This document shows positions 20,833 to 31,278 of a stretch of DNA of 64,000 bases, one piece after another. Made by a program: the position numbers and the translations under genes. This stretch comes from an uncultured Alphaproteobacteria bacterium (GTDB lineage Bacteria; Pseudomonadota; Alphaproteobacteria; Methylaequorales; Methylaequoraceae): NCBI GenBank assembly GCA_902613995.1, contig CACMJG010000005.1:13542-77541 (forward strand), written 5' to 3'. Below the pieces are notes generated by a model. It did no database searches and was not told where the DNA came from. It saw only the letters and a program-made list of their open reading frames with translations. Position 1 is the first letter of the stretch. Every line of letters begins with the position of its first letter.

Positions 20833-20885
20833 ATTGTATGAATAAATTTAGGTCTCATATTGTATGAATAAATTTAGGTCTCATA
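20833..20885 (+). repeat. Perfect 26-bp tandem duplication spanning the aspS start codon
   Basis: attgtatgaataaatttaggtctcat occurs at 20833-20858 and again at 20859-20884. Confidence 0.95.
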
Positions 20886-22642
20886 ATTGCGGTGAATTAT
20901 CATTAAAAAACGATGGTAACGTCGTTCATCTTTCTGGGTGGGTAAATAAAAAAAGAGACCACGGTGGTCTATTATTTATTGATTTGAGGGATCATTTTGG
21001 ATTAACTCAATGTGTTTTTGATTCAAATATTAAAAATTTTAAAATAATTGAATCTTTGAAACTCGAGAGCGTTCTGAAAATAATAGGTAAAGTTGTGAAG
21101 AGGAGTGAGGAAACAATTAACAAAAATCTTCCCACTGGTGAAATTGAAATATCAGTTGAAGAATTCATAGTTTTAAATCAGTCAGATCAGATACCATTTC
21201 AAATTTCTGTTGATGATGATGCTTCAGAAGAACAAAGATTGAAATTCAGATATCTTGACTTAAGACGAGATAAAATTCATAAGAACATCATTCTAAGGTC
21301 AAATGTAATTAATAGAATTAGAGAAAAAATGTTGTCAAGAAACTTCTTGGAAATTCAGACTCCCATTTTGACTGCATCCTCTCCTGAGGGAGCAAGAGAT
21401 TTTTTAGTTCCAAGCAGACTAAATCAAGGAAAATTTTACGCATTACCTCAGGCACCACAAATTTTTAAACAGCTTTTAATGGTCTCAAATTTTGACAAAT
21501 ACTTTCAAATTGCACCGTGTTTTAGAGATGAGGATGCAAGAGCTGATAGATCTCCTGGTGAATTTTATCAACTAGACTTCGAGATGGCTTTCGCCGAACA
21601 GGAGGATGTTTTAAGTGAAATTGAACCTGTAATTTTTGAAATATTTAAGGAATTTTCTGACAAAAAAGTATCAAACTTACCCTTCAAAAGAATAACTTAC
21701 AAAGATTCAATAAATAATTACGGCACTGATAAACCTGATCTTAGGAATCCTCTTTTGATAAACGATTTAACAGATTGTTTTGTAAATTCTGGATTCAAAA
21801 TTTTTGAAGAAAACGTAAAAAAAGGAATGGTTGTAAAAGGAATCAAAGCTCCTAAGTCAGCAGATATGCCCAGAGCCTGGTTCGACAAATTAAATACATG
21901 GGCAAGAAATTACGGACAGAAAGGATTAGGTTATATAATTTGTCTTAATCAAGAGTTCAAAGGCCCGATAGCAAGTAATATTAAAAAAGAAAATTTGGAT
22001 AAATTGATTAAAAAAGTTGGACTTGAAAGTGGTGATTCTGTCTTTTTTATATCCGATAAAAAGGAGGATGCAAATAAGTTTGCATCTGTGGTTAGAACAG
22101 AACTATGTAATCAATTAAACTTACTTGAGAAAGATTCATTCCAATTTTGTTGGATAGTCGACTATCCGATGTTTGAAATTAATCAAACAACCAATAAAAT
22201 TGATTTTAGTCATAACCCTTTTTCTATGCCACAAGGCGGAATGGATTCTTTATTAAATAAAAACCCGCTGGATATTTTAGCTTGGCAATTTGATATTGTA
22301 TGCAATGGTGTCGAACTTTCGTCTGGTGCTATAAGGAATCACAAGACAGATATAATGATTAAAGCTTTTGAAATTGCAGGATATAGTCATGATGATTTAA
22401 TGCAAAAGTTTGGATTTCTTTTTAATGCATTTAAATTTGGAGCCCCTCCTCATGGTGGTTCTGCACCTGGAATTGACAGAATTGTTATGCTTTTATCAGG
22501 AGAAGAAAATCTTAGAGAAGTTGTTGCTTTCCCAATGAATCAACAGGCCGAAGATCTAATGTTAGGCTCACCTTCGAAGATTTCTGAAAAACATTTAAAG
22601 GAATTGGGTTTAAATTTGAAGAAAATTGAAAAGACTACTTGA
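20864..22642 (+). CDS. aspS: Aspartate--tRNA ligase
   Basis: [29 protein letters not shown]-like motif (YALPQAPQ), FRDED, GAPPHGG. gatCAB nearby is consistent with a non-discriminating enzyme. Confidence 0.97.
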   Translation: MNKFRSHNCGELSLKNDGNVVHLSGWVNKKRDHGGLLFIDLRDHFGLTQCVFDSNIKNFKIIESLKLESVLKIIGKVVKRSEETINKNLPTGEIEISVEEFIVLNQSDQIPFQISVDDDASEEQRLKFRYLDLRRDKIHKNIILRSNVINRIREKMLSRNFLEIQTPILTASSPEGARDFLVPSRLNQGKFYALPQAPQIFKQLLMVSNFDKYFQIAPCFRDEDARADRSPGEFYQLDFEMAFAEQEDVLSEIEPVIFEIFKEFSDKKVSNLPFKRITYKDSINNYGTDKPDLRNPLLINDLTDCFVNSGFKIFEENVKKGMVVKGIKAPKSADMPRAWFDKLNTWARNYGQKGLGYIICLNQEFKGPIASNIKKENLDKLIKKVGLESGDSVFFISDKKEDANKFASVVRTELCNQLNLLEKDSFQFCWIVDYPMFEINQTTNKIDFSHNPFSMPQGGMDSLLNKNPLDILAWQFDIVCNGVELSSGAIRNHKTDIMIKAFEIAGYSHDDLMQKFGFLFNAFKFGAPPHGGSAPGIDRIVMLLSGEENLREVVAFPMNQQAEDLMLGSPSKISEKHLKELGLNLKKIEKTT

Positions 22643-22802
22643 TTTTTTGTTCTTTAAAAATTACGTGTTTTCTTACTTTTGGGTCGTATTTTTTCATTTC
22701 CAGCTTTTCAGCCATTGATTTTGGATTTTTGAATTTAACGTAAAAGTAGCCAGTATCAGCTGTGCTTACCATTTTTACTTGTATCGTATTAGATTTGGCC
22801 AT
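22635..22802 (-). CDS. rpmG: 50S ribosomal protein L33 (missed by ORF track)
   Basis: Manual translation: [55 protein letters not shown]. Confidence 0.96.
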   Translation of the reverse strand: MAKSNTIQVKMVSTADTGYFYVKFKNPKSMAEKLEMKKYDPKVRKHVIFKEQKIK

Positions 22803-22832
22803 GATGAACTTATATAAATTTTATTAAAACTG

Positions 22833-23186
22833 TCAAGTCTTACGTGATTTATCATCTAAGAAAATTTGTACTCCAATAAAAGCTCCCTTAACCCTTGGTA
22901 ACAACCATAGGCTAGAAAAAACTGTTATTAGTGGCCAAATTAACATTTGAAGATATAAAGAAGGACTAAAATATTTTTCAGTTAATAAAATTAAGGGTAT
23001 TAAAATATGACCAATTATAAAGATTGTTATATAAGCTGGTCCATCATCTGACTTATAATCCGATAATTTTATTCCACAACATTTACATTTGTTATAAGTT
23101 TTAACATAACTTTTAAACATTGGAGTTAAACCACAACAAGGACACCTTTTCCTAAATCCACGCTTCATATGTTCTAATTTATTCAT
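22833..23186 (-). CDS. DUF983-family protein
   Basis: RCPCCG..MF...C..CG......DDGPAY, followed by TM helices and LPRVKGA. Confidence 0.85.
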   Translation of the reverse strand: MNKLEHMKRGFRKRCPCCGLTPMFKSYVKTYNKCKCCGIKLSDYKSDDGPAYITIFIIGHILIPLILLTEKYFSPSLYLQMLIWPLITVFSSLWLLPRVKGAFIGVQIFLDDKSRKT

Positions 23187-23190
23187 TAAC

Positions 23191-24663
23191 TTAATTTATT
23201 ATCTTAACATTCTCTCCTAAGATCTTCCCTGAAAATATGTCATTTCTTTTAATCTTAAATGAAACTTTTTGACCAACTCTAAAGCTATTTTCTTGCGGCT
23301 TTAATTTAGAGTTTCTAAAGTATCTATTTTTATTTCTTACTAAACATGAGAATGGTAGATCAATTGCCCTTATAAAAATACCAAAATTTTCAATAGCATC
23401 GATTATACCATAAAAATATTTGATTTTTTTGAATTTGATATAAAGGCTACAAGCTCGTTCTAAAATTTTTCTTTCAATACTGTCTGATTTTTTTTCTTGA
23501 GATGTTAAATGTTCGTCAAGTGATTTTTCAACTGAGTTTTTTTTCCCCTCAAAAACAAAATCTAAAACATCTCGATGCACCCTTAAATCTGAATACCTCC
23601 TTATAGGTGAAGTAAAGTGTGTATAATAGTCTAGTCCAAGTCCAAAATGTCCAAAGTTTTCGCAACTGTAAAATGCTTTTGATTGAGTCCTAAGTAATGC
23701 ATCATTTAAAAAAAAGTTATCTTTATTTATATAATTAAGAATATTAATAAAATCCTTTTGATTATTAAATTTTGAATTCGTGATTATACTATTGTCTCGT
23801 AACATTTTTTTTAGTTCATTGATTTTATCTAATTTTGGTTTTTCATGATTTCTGAAGATGGAGTTTAAATTATTATTTTTTATAAACTTTGCTATATTCT
23901 CATTAGCTATGACCATTAATTCTTCAATAAGTTTATAGGACTCTAAAGATTTTTTCTTTTTAAAAACAAAGTTTTTATTTTTATTTTCAATGATTTCGAA
24001 TTCATCTGAGACGAAATTTATTTTATTTTTTTTTTCTGATAATATTTTCAAAACTCTGTAACACTCAAATAAATTTTTTACCAGACTATAGAATCTGTTT
24101 TTCTTTTCATTAGAAAAAAATATTCTATCAACTTCATTGTAGGTTAATCGTGCAACTGAAATTATTTTTGCTCTGTGAATTTTGAAACTAATAATTTTGA
24201 AATTTTTGATTTTGATTTCGGTGATTACTGATGCTCTCTCTTTATTTGGAATAAGCGAGCATATGTCATTTGAAATTTCATTGGGAAACATTGGAATAAC
24301 TCTATCAGGAAAATAGAATGAATTGCCTCTTTTTTTTGCTTCTAAATCCAACGGATCATTTTTTTCAATAAAAAAACTTACATCGGAAATTGCAATCATA
24401 ATATTGGTTATTCCTTTTTTTGTTTCAGACCAAACAGCATCGTCGAAATCCTTACTATCTTCTCCATCAATGGTAATAAACGGAATATCTGTAAAATCCT
24501 TATGATTGATTATTTTTTTTGTTTTAAGTTGTTTAATGTGAGAGTCGAAAGATTTTGGAAAACCATTTCTCAAACTATTATCTTTTATTTCATTGTCAAT
24601 GATATCGCATAGTTGGATTTTTTTTCCTTTTTTTTTTTTCATAGTTGAAGATATTTTGTTCAC
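23191..24663 (-). CDS. rnr: Ribonuclease R/II family exoribonuclease (RNB plus S1-like C-terminus; N-terminal domains absent)
   Basis: ITIDGEDSKDFDDAV, HFGLGL..YTHFTSPIRRYSDL; topA-rnr-rpmG synteny. Confidence 0.88.
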   Translation of the reverse strand: MNKISSTMKKKKGKKIQLCDIIDNEIKDNSLRNGFPKSFDSHIKQLKTKKIINHKDFTDIPFITIDGEDSKDFDDAVWSETKKGITNIMIAISDVSFFIEKNDPLDLEAKKRGNSFYFPDRVIPMFPNEISNDICSLIPNKERASVITEIKIKNFKIISFKIHRAKIISVARLTYNEVDRIFFSNEKKNRFYSLVKNLFECYRVLKILSEKKNKINFVSDEFEIIENKNKNFVFKKKKSLESYKLIEELMVIANENIAKFIKNNNLNSIFRNHEKPKLDKINELKKMLRDNSIITNSKFNNQKDFINILNYINKDNFFLNDALLRTQSKAFYSCENFGHFGLGLDYYTHFTSPIRRYSDLRVHRDVLDFVFEGKKNSVEKSLDEHLTSQEKKSDSIERKILERACSLYIKFKKIKYFYGIIDAIENFGIFIRAIDLPFSCLVRNKNRYFRNSKLKPQENSFRVGQKVSFKIKRNDIFSGKILGENVKIIN

Positions 24664-24673
24664 TAAAAGTAAA

Positions 24674-27121
24674 CTATTTCTTTTGAGTTTTTTTACTTTG
24701 TTCTATGATCTCTATGGCTTTTTCTAATGTAATAGCACTTTTATCAAGACCGTCTGATAAGGAGTAATTCTTTTTATTATATGATAAATAGTCGGGTCGT
24801 CCTTTTATCCCTTTTTTTTGGACAATATTCTTTTTTGTTTCAGGATGAAGCCCAATGATGATCTCCTTTTTTTCATCGAGATTCTTTTGTATTAATTCAA
24901 TTGCTCGATTTATACCAACTTCTGCGACGTCGTCTTCTTTTAAAGAAATAAATTTTTTTCCATGCTTGAGATAAGGTCCGTATGGTCCTATTGAAGCAGT
25001 TATATCCTCTTTTGTTTCTGGAAATATCCCAATGAATCTTGGTAATTTTAAGTATTTGAGAGATTTTTCGAGATTAACCTCTTCATTACTTACATTTTTA
25101 GGAATACTCACTCTTTTAGGTTTATCGTCATCTCTTTGCATTTCTAGGTATCTGCCATATCGTCCAATTTTTAAAAAAATTTGATTACCAGTTGACGGTT
25201 CAACCCCAATTTTTTTTCCATCTCCGGTCAGGTCTTTGTTATCTTCATCATCACCAATTGCTGAGCTATATTTGCACGCATTTTTGTCGTCTTTGTTGTA
25301 ATTAGTACAACCTAAAAAAGGTCCTGAAGACGCAAATTTAATGGTTAGTTCCCCATCATTACATTTTGGACAATTTTTCTTTTTTAGAATCTCTGGGCTC
25401 AATTCGTTTATTTTATTTATAACTTCAGTAATACTTTTTTCTTTAACGTCATCGACAGCAGAGTTTAAAAGTTTTAGAAACGCTTGAAGTATATTTTTCC
25501 AATCTTTTTTTGATTGAGTAATTTCATCAAGCTGTTCTTCGAGATCAGCTGTAAATTGATAATCCACAAATTTAAAAAAAAAACCATCTAGGAATTTTGA
25601 TAAAATTTTACCTCTCGAACTTGGAATTAAAGATTTATTCTTTATTGAAATATAGTTATTGCTTTCAAGCTTAGTAAAAATTGAAACATATGTTGAAGGC
25701 CTTCCTATTCCGAGTTCTTCTAACTTTTTGATTAAACCCGCCTCGGAATATCTATTGGGAGGTTTTGTGTGGTTTTGCTTAATTTCAATTTTAGATATGT
25801 TTACGATATCTCCTACTTTTAAATTTGGAAGCTTTTGGAGATCATCAGTTTTCTCTGAATAATTATAAATTTTTTTAAATCCTTCAAAAATTTGGATACT
25901 TCCTGATGATTTTAAAAGAAATTCTTCTCCTTTAATAAAATATGACGTTTCAAGATTCTTGCTTTGAGACATTTGAGAGGCTACTGTTCTTTTCCATATT
26001 AAATCGTAGAGTTTAAATTGATCGTCGTTTAATTCTTTTTTTACGTCTTCAGGTTTTTTTTGAAGTTGGGTTGGGGTAACTGCTTCATGACCTTGTTGAA
26101 CAAATTTAGACTTTTCTTTATATATAATCTCTTCTTTTGATAGAAAATTTTCCCCAATGTCGTTACTTATAATATGTCTTAAACTATCAACTTCACTCTT
26201 CTTCATCTTATTTGAGTCTGATCTATGGTACGTAATTAGTGCACCTAGACTACCTATTCCATCTTTAAGTTGTTGTGCCAAAGAATTTGTATATTTTGGA
26301 CTAAATCCTAGCTTTGATGATGCATCTTGGAGTAAAAGCGAATTTGAAAAGGGGCTATAAGGACTTCTTTTTTTTTCTTTTTTTGCTACATCTTCAATTA
26401 AAAATTTTTTTTTTAGCAATCTATCTTTAATAGATGTGGCTTGGATTTCACTTTCGATAGATAGTTTTTCAATTTTTTTACCATTGTCAGAATAAATACT
26501 ACTAGTCATCTTATTTCCATTCTCATCTTCAATTTCTATGATTACTTCCCAAAATTCTTTTGGAACAAATAGATCTATCTCTCGTTCTCTTTCACAAAGT
26601 ATTTTTAACGTGGGAGACTGGACACGACCAGCAGACTTACCAAAAATTGTTCTTCTAGTAGTTATTGGTGAAATTTTATATCCAAAGAATTTATCTAAAA
26701 ATCTTCTTGTAATCGCTGCATCAACAAGATTTTGATTAATATTTCTTGGATTTTTTATAGCATCTAAAATATCTAGTTTTCTTATTGCTGAAAATTCAAT
26801 TCTTTTAAAAGTTTTATTTTGATGCAATTTTTTTTCTTTACATAATTCAACAACGTGCCACGCAATAAGTTCACCTTCTCTGTCAGGATCTAAGGCTAAA
26901 AAAATTTCTTTTGCTTGTTTTATACCCTTTAATATTGGATCAGCTTTTTTCTTATCTACAACCCATTCATCTACCGTGAAATTTTCGTCTTCAGAAATTC
27001 CTATTCCCTTTTCAGGTAAATCACGGAAATGACCAATGCTAGAAACTACTTCAAAGTCGTTCTCAAGATAACCTTTGATAGTTTTAGCTTTAGCAGGTGA
27101 TTCAACAATAAGAAGTTTCAT
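24674..27121 (-). CDS. topA: DNA topoisomerase I
   Basis: LLIVESPAKAKTI, DPDREGE, SAGRVQSP, LITYHRSD, GIGRPSTY; one zinc-ribbon and C-terminal repeats. Confidence 0.97.
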   Translation of the reverse strand: MKLLIVESPAKAKTIKGYLENDFEVVSSIGHFRDLPEKGIGISEDENFTVDEWVVDKKKADPILKGIKQAKEIFLALDPDREGELIAWHVVELCKEKKLHQNKTFKRIEFSAIRKLDILDAIKNPRNINQNLVDAAITRRFLDKFFGYKISPITTRRTIFGKSAGRVQSPTLKILCEREREIDLFVPKEFWEVIIEIEDENGNKMTSSIYSDNGKKIEKLSIESEIQATSIKDRLLKKKFLIEDVAKKEKKRSPYSPFSNSLLLQDASSKLGFSPKYTNSLAQQLKDGIGSLGALITYHRSDSNKMKKSEVDSLRHIISNDIGENFLSKEEIIYKEKSKFVQQGHEAVTPTQLQKKPEDVKKELNDDQFKLYDLIWKRTVASQMSQSKNLETSYFIKGEEFLLKSSGSIQIFEGFKKIYNYSEKTDDLQKLPNLKVGDIVNISKIEIKQNHTKPPNRYSEAGLIKKLEELGIGRPSTYVSIFTKLESNNYISIKNKSLIPSSRGKILSKFLDGFFFKFVDYQFTADLEEQLDEITQSKKDWKNILQAFLKLLNSAVDDVKEKSITEVINKINELSPEILKKKNCPKCNDGELTIKFASSGPFLGCTNYNKDDKNACKYSSAIGDDEDNKDLTGDGKKIGVEPSTGNQIFLKIGRYGRYLEMQRDDDKPKRVSIPKNVSNEEVNLEKSLKYLKLPRFIGIFPETKEDITASIGPYGPYLKHGKKFISLKEDDVAEVGINRAIELIQKNLDEKKEIIIGLHPETKKNIVQKKGIKGRPDYLSYNKKNYSLSDGLDKSAITLEKAIEIIEQSKKTQKK

Positions 27122-27170
27122 AATAATGAAGTTATCTATAATTATAAGTAAGAAATGTCAAAAATAATTT

Positions 27171-27758
27171 TTATTTTTTTAAATTAATTCTTAATTCATT
27201 TCCTTTCAGTAACCTTCTAATATTAGAGATATGTTTTAAAAAAATCATCGTTACCATTAATAATACCATTAAGAAAATATTATCATTTTCTAAGTAAACT
27301 ATAATTAAGATACTTAGTGAAGCTACTAAAGCTGAAAGTGAAGAGTATTTACTCACAACAGCAGTAACTAGCCACACAAGACTAAAAATTAAACCATAAA
27401 AAAAGTTATATCCAAGTAAGCATCCTATAATCACAGCAATGCCTTTTCCCCCTTTAAATCTAATCCATACCGGAAAGAGATGACCGAGAAATATAAATAA
27501 AATGATAAAACTCTGTTCGACTGAATGATTTTTTAAAATAACCACAGGAATTAAACCTTTTAGCATATCAAAAATTAATGTTAATAATCCAAGTTTCCAT
27601 CCACTCGTTCTAACTATATTTGTTGCTCCAATGTTTTTTGATCCTACCAACCTGGGATCACTTTTACTTAAAAGTTTAGATAACAGTAATCCGAAAGGAA
27701 TTGATCCGACGAGATAACAAGTCAACAAAATTAAAATGGTTTCAAGATTTATATACAA
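27171..27758 (-). CDS. plsY: Glycerol-3-phosphate acyltransferase
   Basis: YLVGSIPFG, GSKNIGATN, GHLFP...FKGGKG, HISNI.RL. Confidence 0.96.
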   Translation of the reverse strand: MYINLETILILLTCYLVGSIPFGLLLSKLLSKSDPRLVGSKNIGATNIVRTSGWKLGLLTLIFDMLKGLIPVVILKNHSVEQSFIILFIFLGHLFPVWIRFKGGKGIAVIIGCLLGYNFFYGLIFSLVWLVTAVVSKYSSLSALVASLSILIIVYLENDNIFLMVLLMVTMIFLKHISNIRRLLKGNELRINLKK

Positions 27759-29058
27759 GTCTACCTCTTACAAATGTCATTAAATTTTTTCCTTGAACCA
27801 AAATGCCATCAAAAGGAGAATTTTTTGATTTGCTATGAAAAATTTCTGAATTAATTTTCCATGGTTTTTCTAAATCAAAAACAATTAAGTCAGCTTCTGA
27901 ATCTGGAGAAATTTTCCCAGTTTTTAGGCCTAAAATTTCAGAAGGGTTTTTCGTAATCAAAGCTATAGCTTTATTTAAACTTAGATTGTTATTCTTCACA
28001 AGATTTAGTGTCATCGGTAAGAGCGTTTCTAGTCCTATACCACCAAACTCAGCCTGATTAAAAGGAAGTCTTTTGGCGTCTTGATCGTGTGGTGTGTGAT
28101 CTGAGACAATTACATCTATTGTTCCGTCTAAAATACCATTAATTATACTATTTCTATCTTCTTCTGTTCTCAATGGTGGAGAGAGTTTTGAGAAAGTTCT
28201 ATAATTTTCTAGGGATAGTTCGTTTAAAATAAAATAGGGTGGGGCAGTATCGCAAGTAATAGGCAGACCATCTTTTTTTGCTTTTCTTATAATTTCCACT
28301 GATTCTTTAGTTGAAATGTGACTAACGTGATATCTACATTTTGTATCTCGCACTAACCACAGATCTCTTTCAATAATCATTGCTTCAGAATAATTAGGTA
28401 TCCCGGTAAGTCCCATTCTTGTAGCAAACTCTCCTTCATTTACCATACCTCCTTGACTTAACTCTGGCTCTTCAGCATGTTGAATGATAAGACCATCAAA
28501 AGATTTTGCATAATTAAGTGCTCTTTTCATGACTCTCGCATTAGATACACTTTTATTTCCGTCGGTAAAACCCAAAGCTCCAAACTCTCTCATTAGTTGT
28601 AATTCACAAATTTCATTTCCTTCTGCGCCTCTTGTAATGCAGCCAGTACAAAAAACCTTGCTTAGTGATACTTCCCTTGCTTTTCTTTGAATACTTTGAA
28701 TTATTGCGGGTTGATCAATTGCTGGGTAAGTATTCGGCATACAAACTATTGATGTCACTCCTCCACTTGCTGCAGCTTTACTTGCACTTTTTATAGTTTC
28801 TTTATGCTCAAAGCCAGGTTCTCCAATATTGACTCTCATGTCAACAATTCCCGGTGAAATGAAAAAATTATTGCAATCTATTATTTTAAACTTTTTTTCA
28901 TCAACTGAAATATTTTTTTTCAAGGCTTTGATTATTTTACCTTCGATAAGAATGTCTTTTTTTTCAATTGTATTTTTATCTGGATCAATTATTGAGCCAT
29001 TTTTTAATAAATAGTTAATCGGCAATTTTGAATTATTAAAAGGAATTTTTAAGTTCAT
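27742..29058 (-). CDS. pyrC: Dihydroorotase-family protein (PyrC/PyrC'-like)
   Basis: PGIVDMRVNIGEPG, KLSPPLR, SDHTPH; directly downstream of pyrB. The HxH metal motif is not conserved. Confidence 0.85.
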   Translation of the reverse strand: MNLKIPFNNSKLPINYLLKNGSIIDPDKNTIEKKDILIEGKIIKALKKNISVDEKKFKIIDCNNFFISPGIVDMRVNIGEPGFEHKETIKSASKAAASGGVTSIVCMPNTYPAIDQPAIIQSIQRKAREVSLSKVFCTGCITRGAEGNEICELQLMREFGALGFTDGNKSVSNARVMKRALNYAKSFDGLIIQHAEEPELSQGGMVNEGEFATRMGLTGIPNYSEAMIIERDLWLVRDTKCRYHVSHISTKESVEIIRKAKKDGLPITCDTAPPYFILNELSLENYRTFSKLSPPLRTEEDRNSIINGILDGTIDVIVSDHTPHDQDAKRLPFNQAEFGGIGLETLLPMTLNLVKNNNLSLNKAIALITKNPSEILGLKTGKISPDSEADLIVFDLEKPWKINSEIFHSKSKNSPFDGILVQGKNLMTFVRGRLVYKS

Positions 29059-29061
29059 TTT

Positions 29062-30006
29062 TTATTTATCCTTAACTAGGGCTTTCAAACAAGCCATTCT
29101 GACTGCAACGCCCATCTGAACCTGTTCAAAGATTGCAGACCTATCCAAATCATCAGCTAGTTCAGAATCTATTTCAACTCCTCTATTCATGGGTCCAGGA
29201 TGAAGAACCAATGCATCAGGTTGTGCGTAATTTAATTTTTCATTATTTAAACCATAATACCTAAAGTATTCTCTAATTGAAGGAACAAAAGAGCCTGACA
29301 TTCTTTCAAGTTGAAGTCTTAGCATTATAATCACATCCACATCTTTTAACCCCTCTTTCATTTTATAAAAAACTTTTACACCCATTGATTCAATTTGCTT
29401 AGGAATAAGAGTTGCTGGACCTATTACTCTTACTTCAGCTCCTAATGTGTTAAGGAGGTGAATGTTAGATCTTGCAACTCTGCTGTGCATAATATCACCA
29501 CAGATTGCGACTTTAAGCCCAGCAATTGTCTTTTTTCTTCTCAGAATTGTTAAAGAATCAAGAAGTGCCTGCGTTGGGTGCTCGTGTGGACCGTCTCCAG
29601 CATTTATGACACCACAATTAACTTTTTCGGAAAGAAGTTTCACAGCTCCAGCGTCGTTATGCCTTACAACTATGAGATCTGGTTGCATCGCATTTAATGT
29701 CATTGCTGTATCGATTAATGTTTCACCTTTTTTAATAGAGCTTGATCCGACTGAAATATTTAACATATCTGCGCCAAGCTTTTTTCCAGCCAGTTCAAAA
29801 GAGGTTCTAGTTCTAGTTGAGTTCTCAAAAAATAAATTTATACATGTTTTATTTTTCAGATCATCAAGTTTTTGTTTATTGTCCTCAAGATAATTTGCAT
29901 ATTTTTTGGATAAATTAATTAAATAATTTATTGAGTCTGGAAGAAGGCCCTCTATTCCTAGTAGATGTTTATGAGGATAATTTTTGAAAACTTTTTCCTC
30001 TATCAT
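29062..30006 (-). CDS. pyrB: Aspartate carbamoyltransferase catalytic subunit
   Basis: [29 protein letters not shown]. Confidence 0.97.
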   Translation of the reverse strand: MIEEKVFKNYPHKHLLGIEGLLPDSINYLINLSKKYANYLEDNKQKLDDLKNKTCINLFFENSTRTRTSFELAGKKLGADMLNISVGSSSIKKGETLIDTAMTLNAMQPDLIVVRHNDAGAVKLLSEKVNCGVINAGDGPHEHPTQALLDSLTILRRKKTIAGLKVAICGDIMHSRVARSNIHLLNTLGAEVRVIGPATLIPKQIESMGVKVFYKMKEGLKDVDVIIMLRLQLERMSGSFVPSIREYFRYYGLNNEKLNYAQPDALVLHPGPMNRGVEIDSELADDLDRSAIFEQVQMGVAVRMACLKALVKDK

Positions 30007-30051
30007 TAAAATTGAATATTATAGCTAAAATTTAATTGTTCAATACTCTTC

Positions 30052-31278
30052 TTAAATTATCTTTTTTTTCTTTAGATCTAAAAGATCTTTGTTATCGAGC
30101 TTTAAGAACTTTTTTAGTACTGTTATTGTATCTTGTCCCAGTTTTGGGGGAGGTTTTTTGTACCGAATTTTAGACTCTGAAAAATTTATTGGATTTGCGA
30201 TTAATTTTATTTTTTTGTTTTTTGATTTTGAATGTCGCATTGAAATAACCATTTTTCTTGATTTAACTTGTTCATCCTCAAAAACTTGTTTGATGTTGTT
30301 TATCGGTCCACACGGAACATTAACTTTTACTAATCCCTCAACCCATTGTTTTATGGTTTTTTTTTTAATAATTTTATTTATTATTTTATTAAGATCGCGT
30401 CTGTTTTTAACTCTTGAAGAATTAGTCTTAAATTTAGGATCATTTATTAAGTTTGATATTTTTGCATACTTGCAAAATTCTCTAAATTGCCTGTCGTTTG
30501 CAATTGCTAATACCATAAGTCCATCTTTTGCTTTAGCTGTTTGGTATGGGACAATTGAGGGATGGTCATTTCCAATGCGTTTCGGTATTTCCCCTGATAT
30601 TAGATAATTTTGGGCTACATAACTTAACCAAGAAACCTGGGAGTCCATCAAAGAAATATCAAGATGTTGTCCCTTTCCTGTTAATTCTTTAAATCTTAAT
30701 GCTGATAAAATTCCAATAGTAGAATAAAGCCCAGTTATAATATCAGAAACACCAACACCAATTTTCGTAGGATTTCCTTTTTTTTCACCGGTAATACTCA
30801 TTATACCGCCCATGGCCTGCACCAAATAGTCGTAACCTCCTCTTTTGGAATATGGCCCATTTTGACCAAACCCGGTAATTGAACAATATATTATTTCAGG
30901 ATTTATTTTCTTTATGCTTGTATAGTCGAGTCCGTACTGCCTCAAATTTCCTGCTCTAAAGTTTTCTACGAGAACGTCACATTTTTTTATTAATTTTTTT
31001 GCTAATTCCTGCCCCTCTTTTTTTGTAAAGTCGAGCTCAACTGAATTTTTATTTCGGTTGACGCTAAGAAAATAAGAACTTTCCATGGGTTTTTTTAAAT
31101 TTTTATCAAGGTATGGAGGACCTAAATTTCGAGAATCGTCTCCGCTCAATGGCCGTTCGATTTTTATAATGTTCGCTCCAAGGTCGCCTAGAATTTGTGT
31201 TGATGTTGGTCCAGCTAATACGCGGGTAAGATCAAGAATGTTGATGTCTTCAAGCGGTTGTTTTATTTTTTTATTCAT
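30052..31278 (-). CDS. CaiB/BaiF family III CoA-transferase
   Basis: LDLTRVLAGP, GDDSR, VLVENFR, SITGFGQ.GP, GYDY. Confidence 0.93.
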   Translation of the reverse strand: MNKKIKQPLEDINILDLTRVLAGPTSTQILGDLGANIIKIERPLSGDDSRNLGPPYLDKNLKKPMESSYFLSVNRNKNSVELDFTKKEGQELAKKLIKKCDVLVENFRAGNLRQYGLDYTSIKKINPEIIYCSITGFGQNGPYSKRGGYDYLVQAMGGIMSITGEKKGNPTKIGVGVSDIITGLYSTIGILSALRFKELTGKGQHLDISLMDSQVSWLSYVAQNYLISGEIPKRIGNDHPSIVPYQTAKAKDGLMVLAIANDRQFREFCKYAKISNLINDPKFKTNSSRVKNRRDLNKIINKIIKKKTIKQWVEGLVKVNVPCGPINNIKQVFEDEQVKSRKMVISMRHSKSKNKKIKLIANPINFSESKIRYKKPPPKLGQDTITVLKKFLKLDNKDLLDLKKKKII

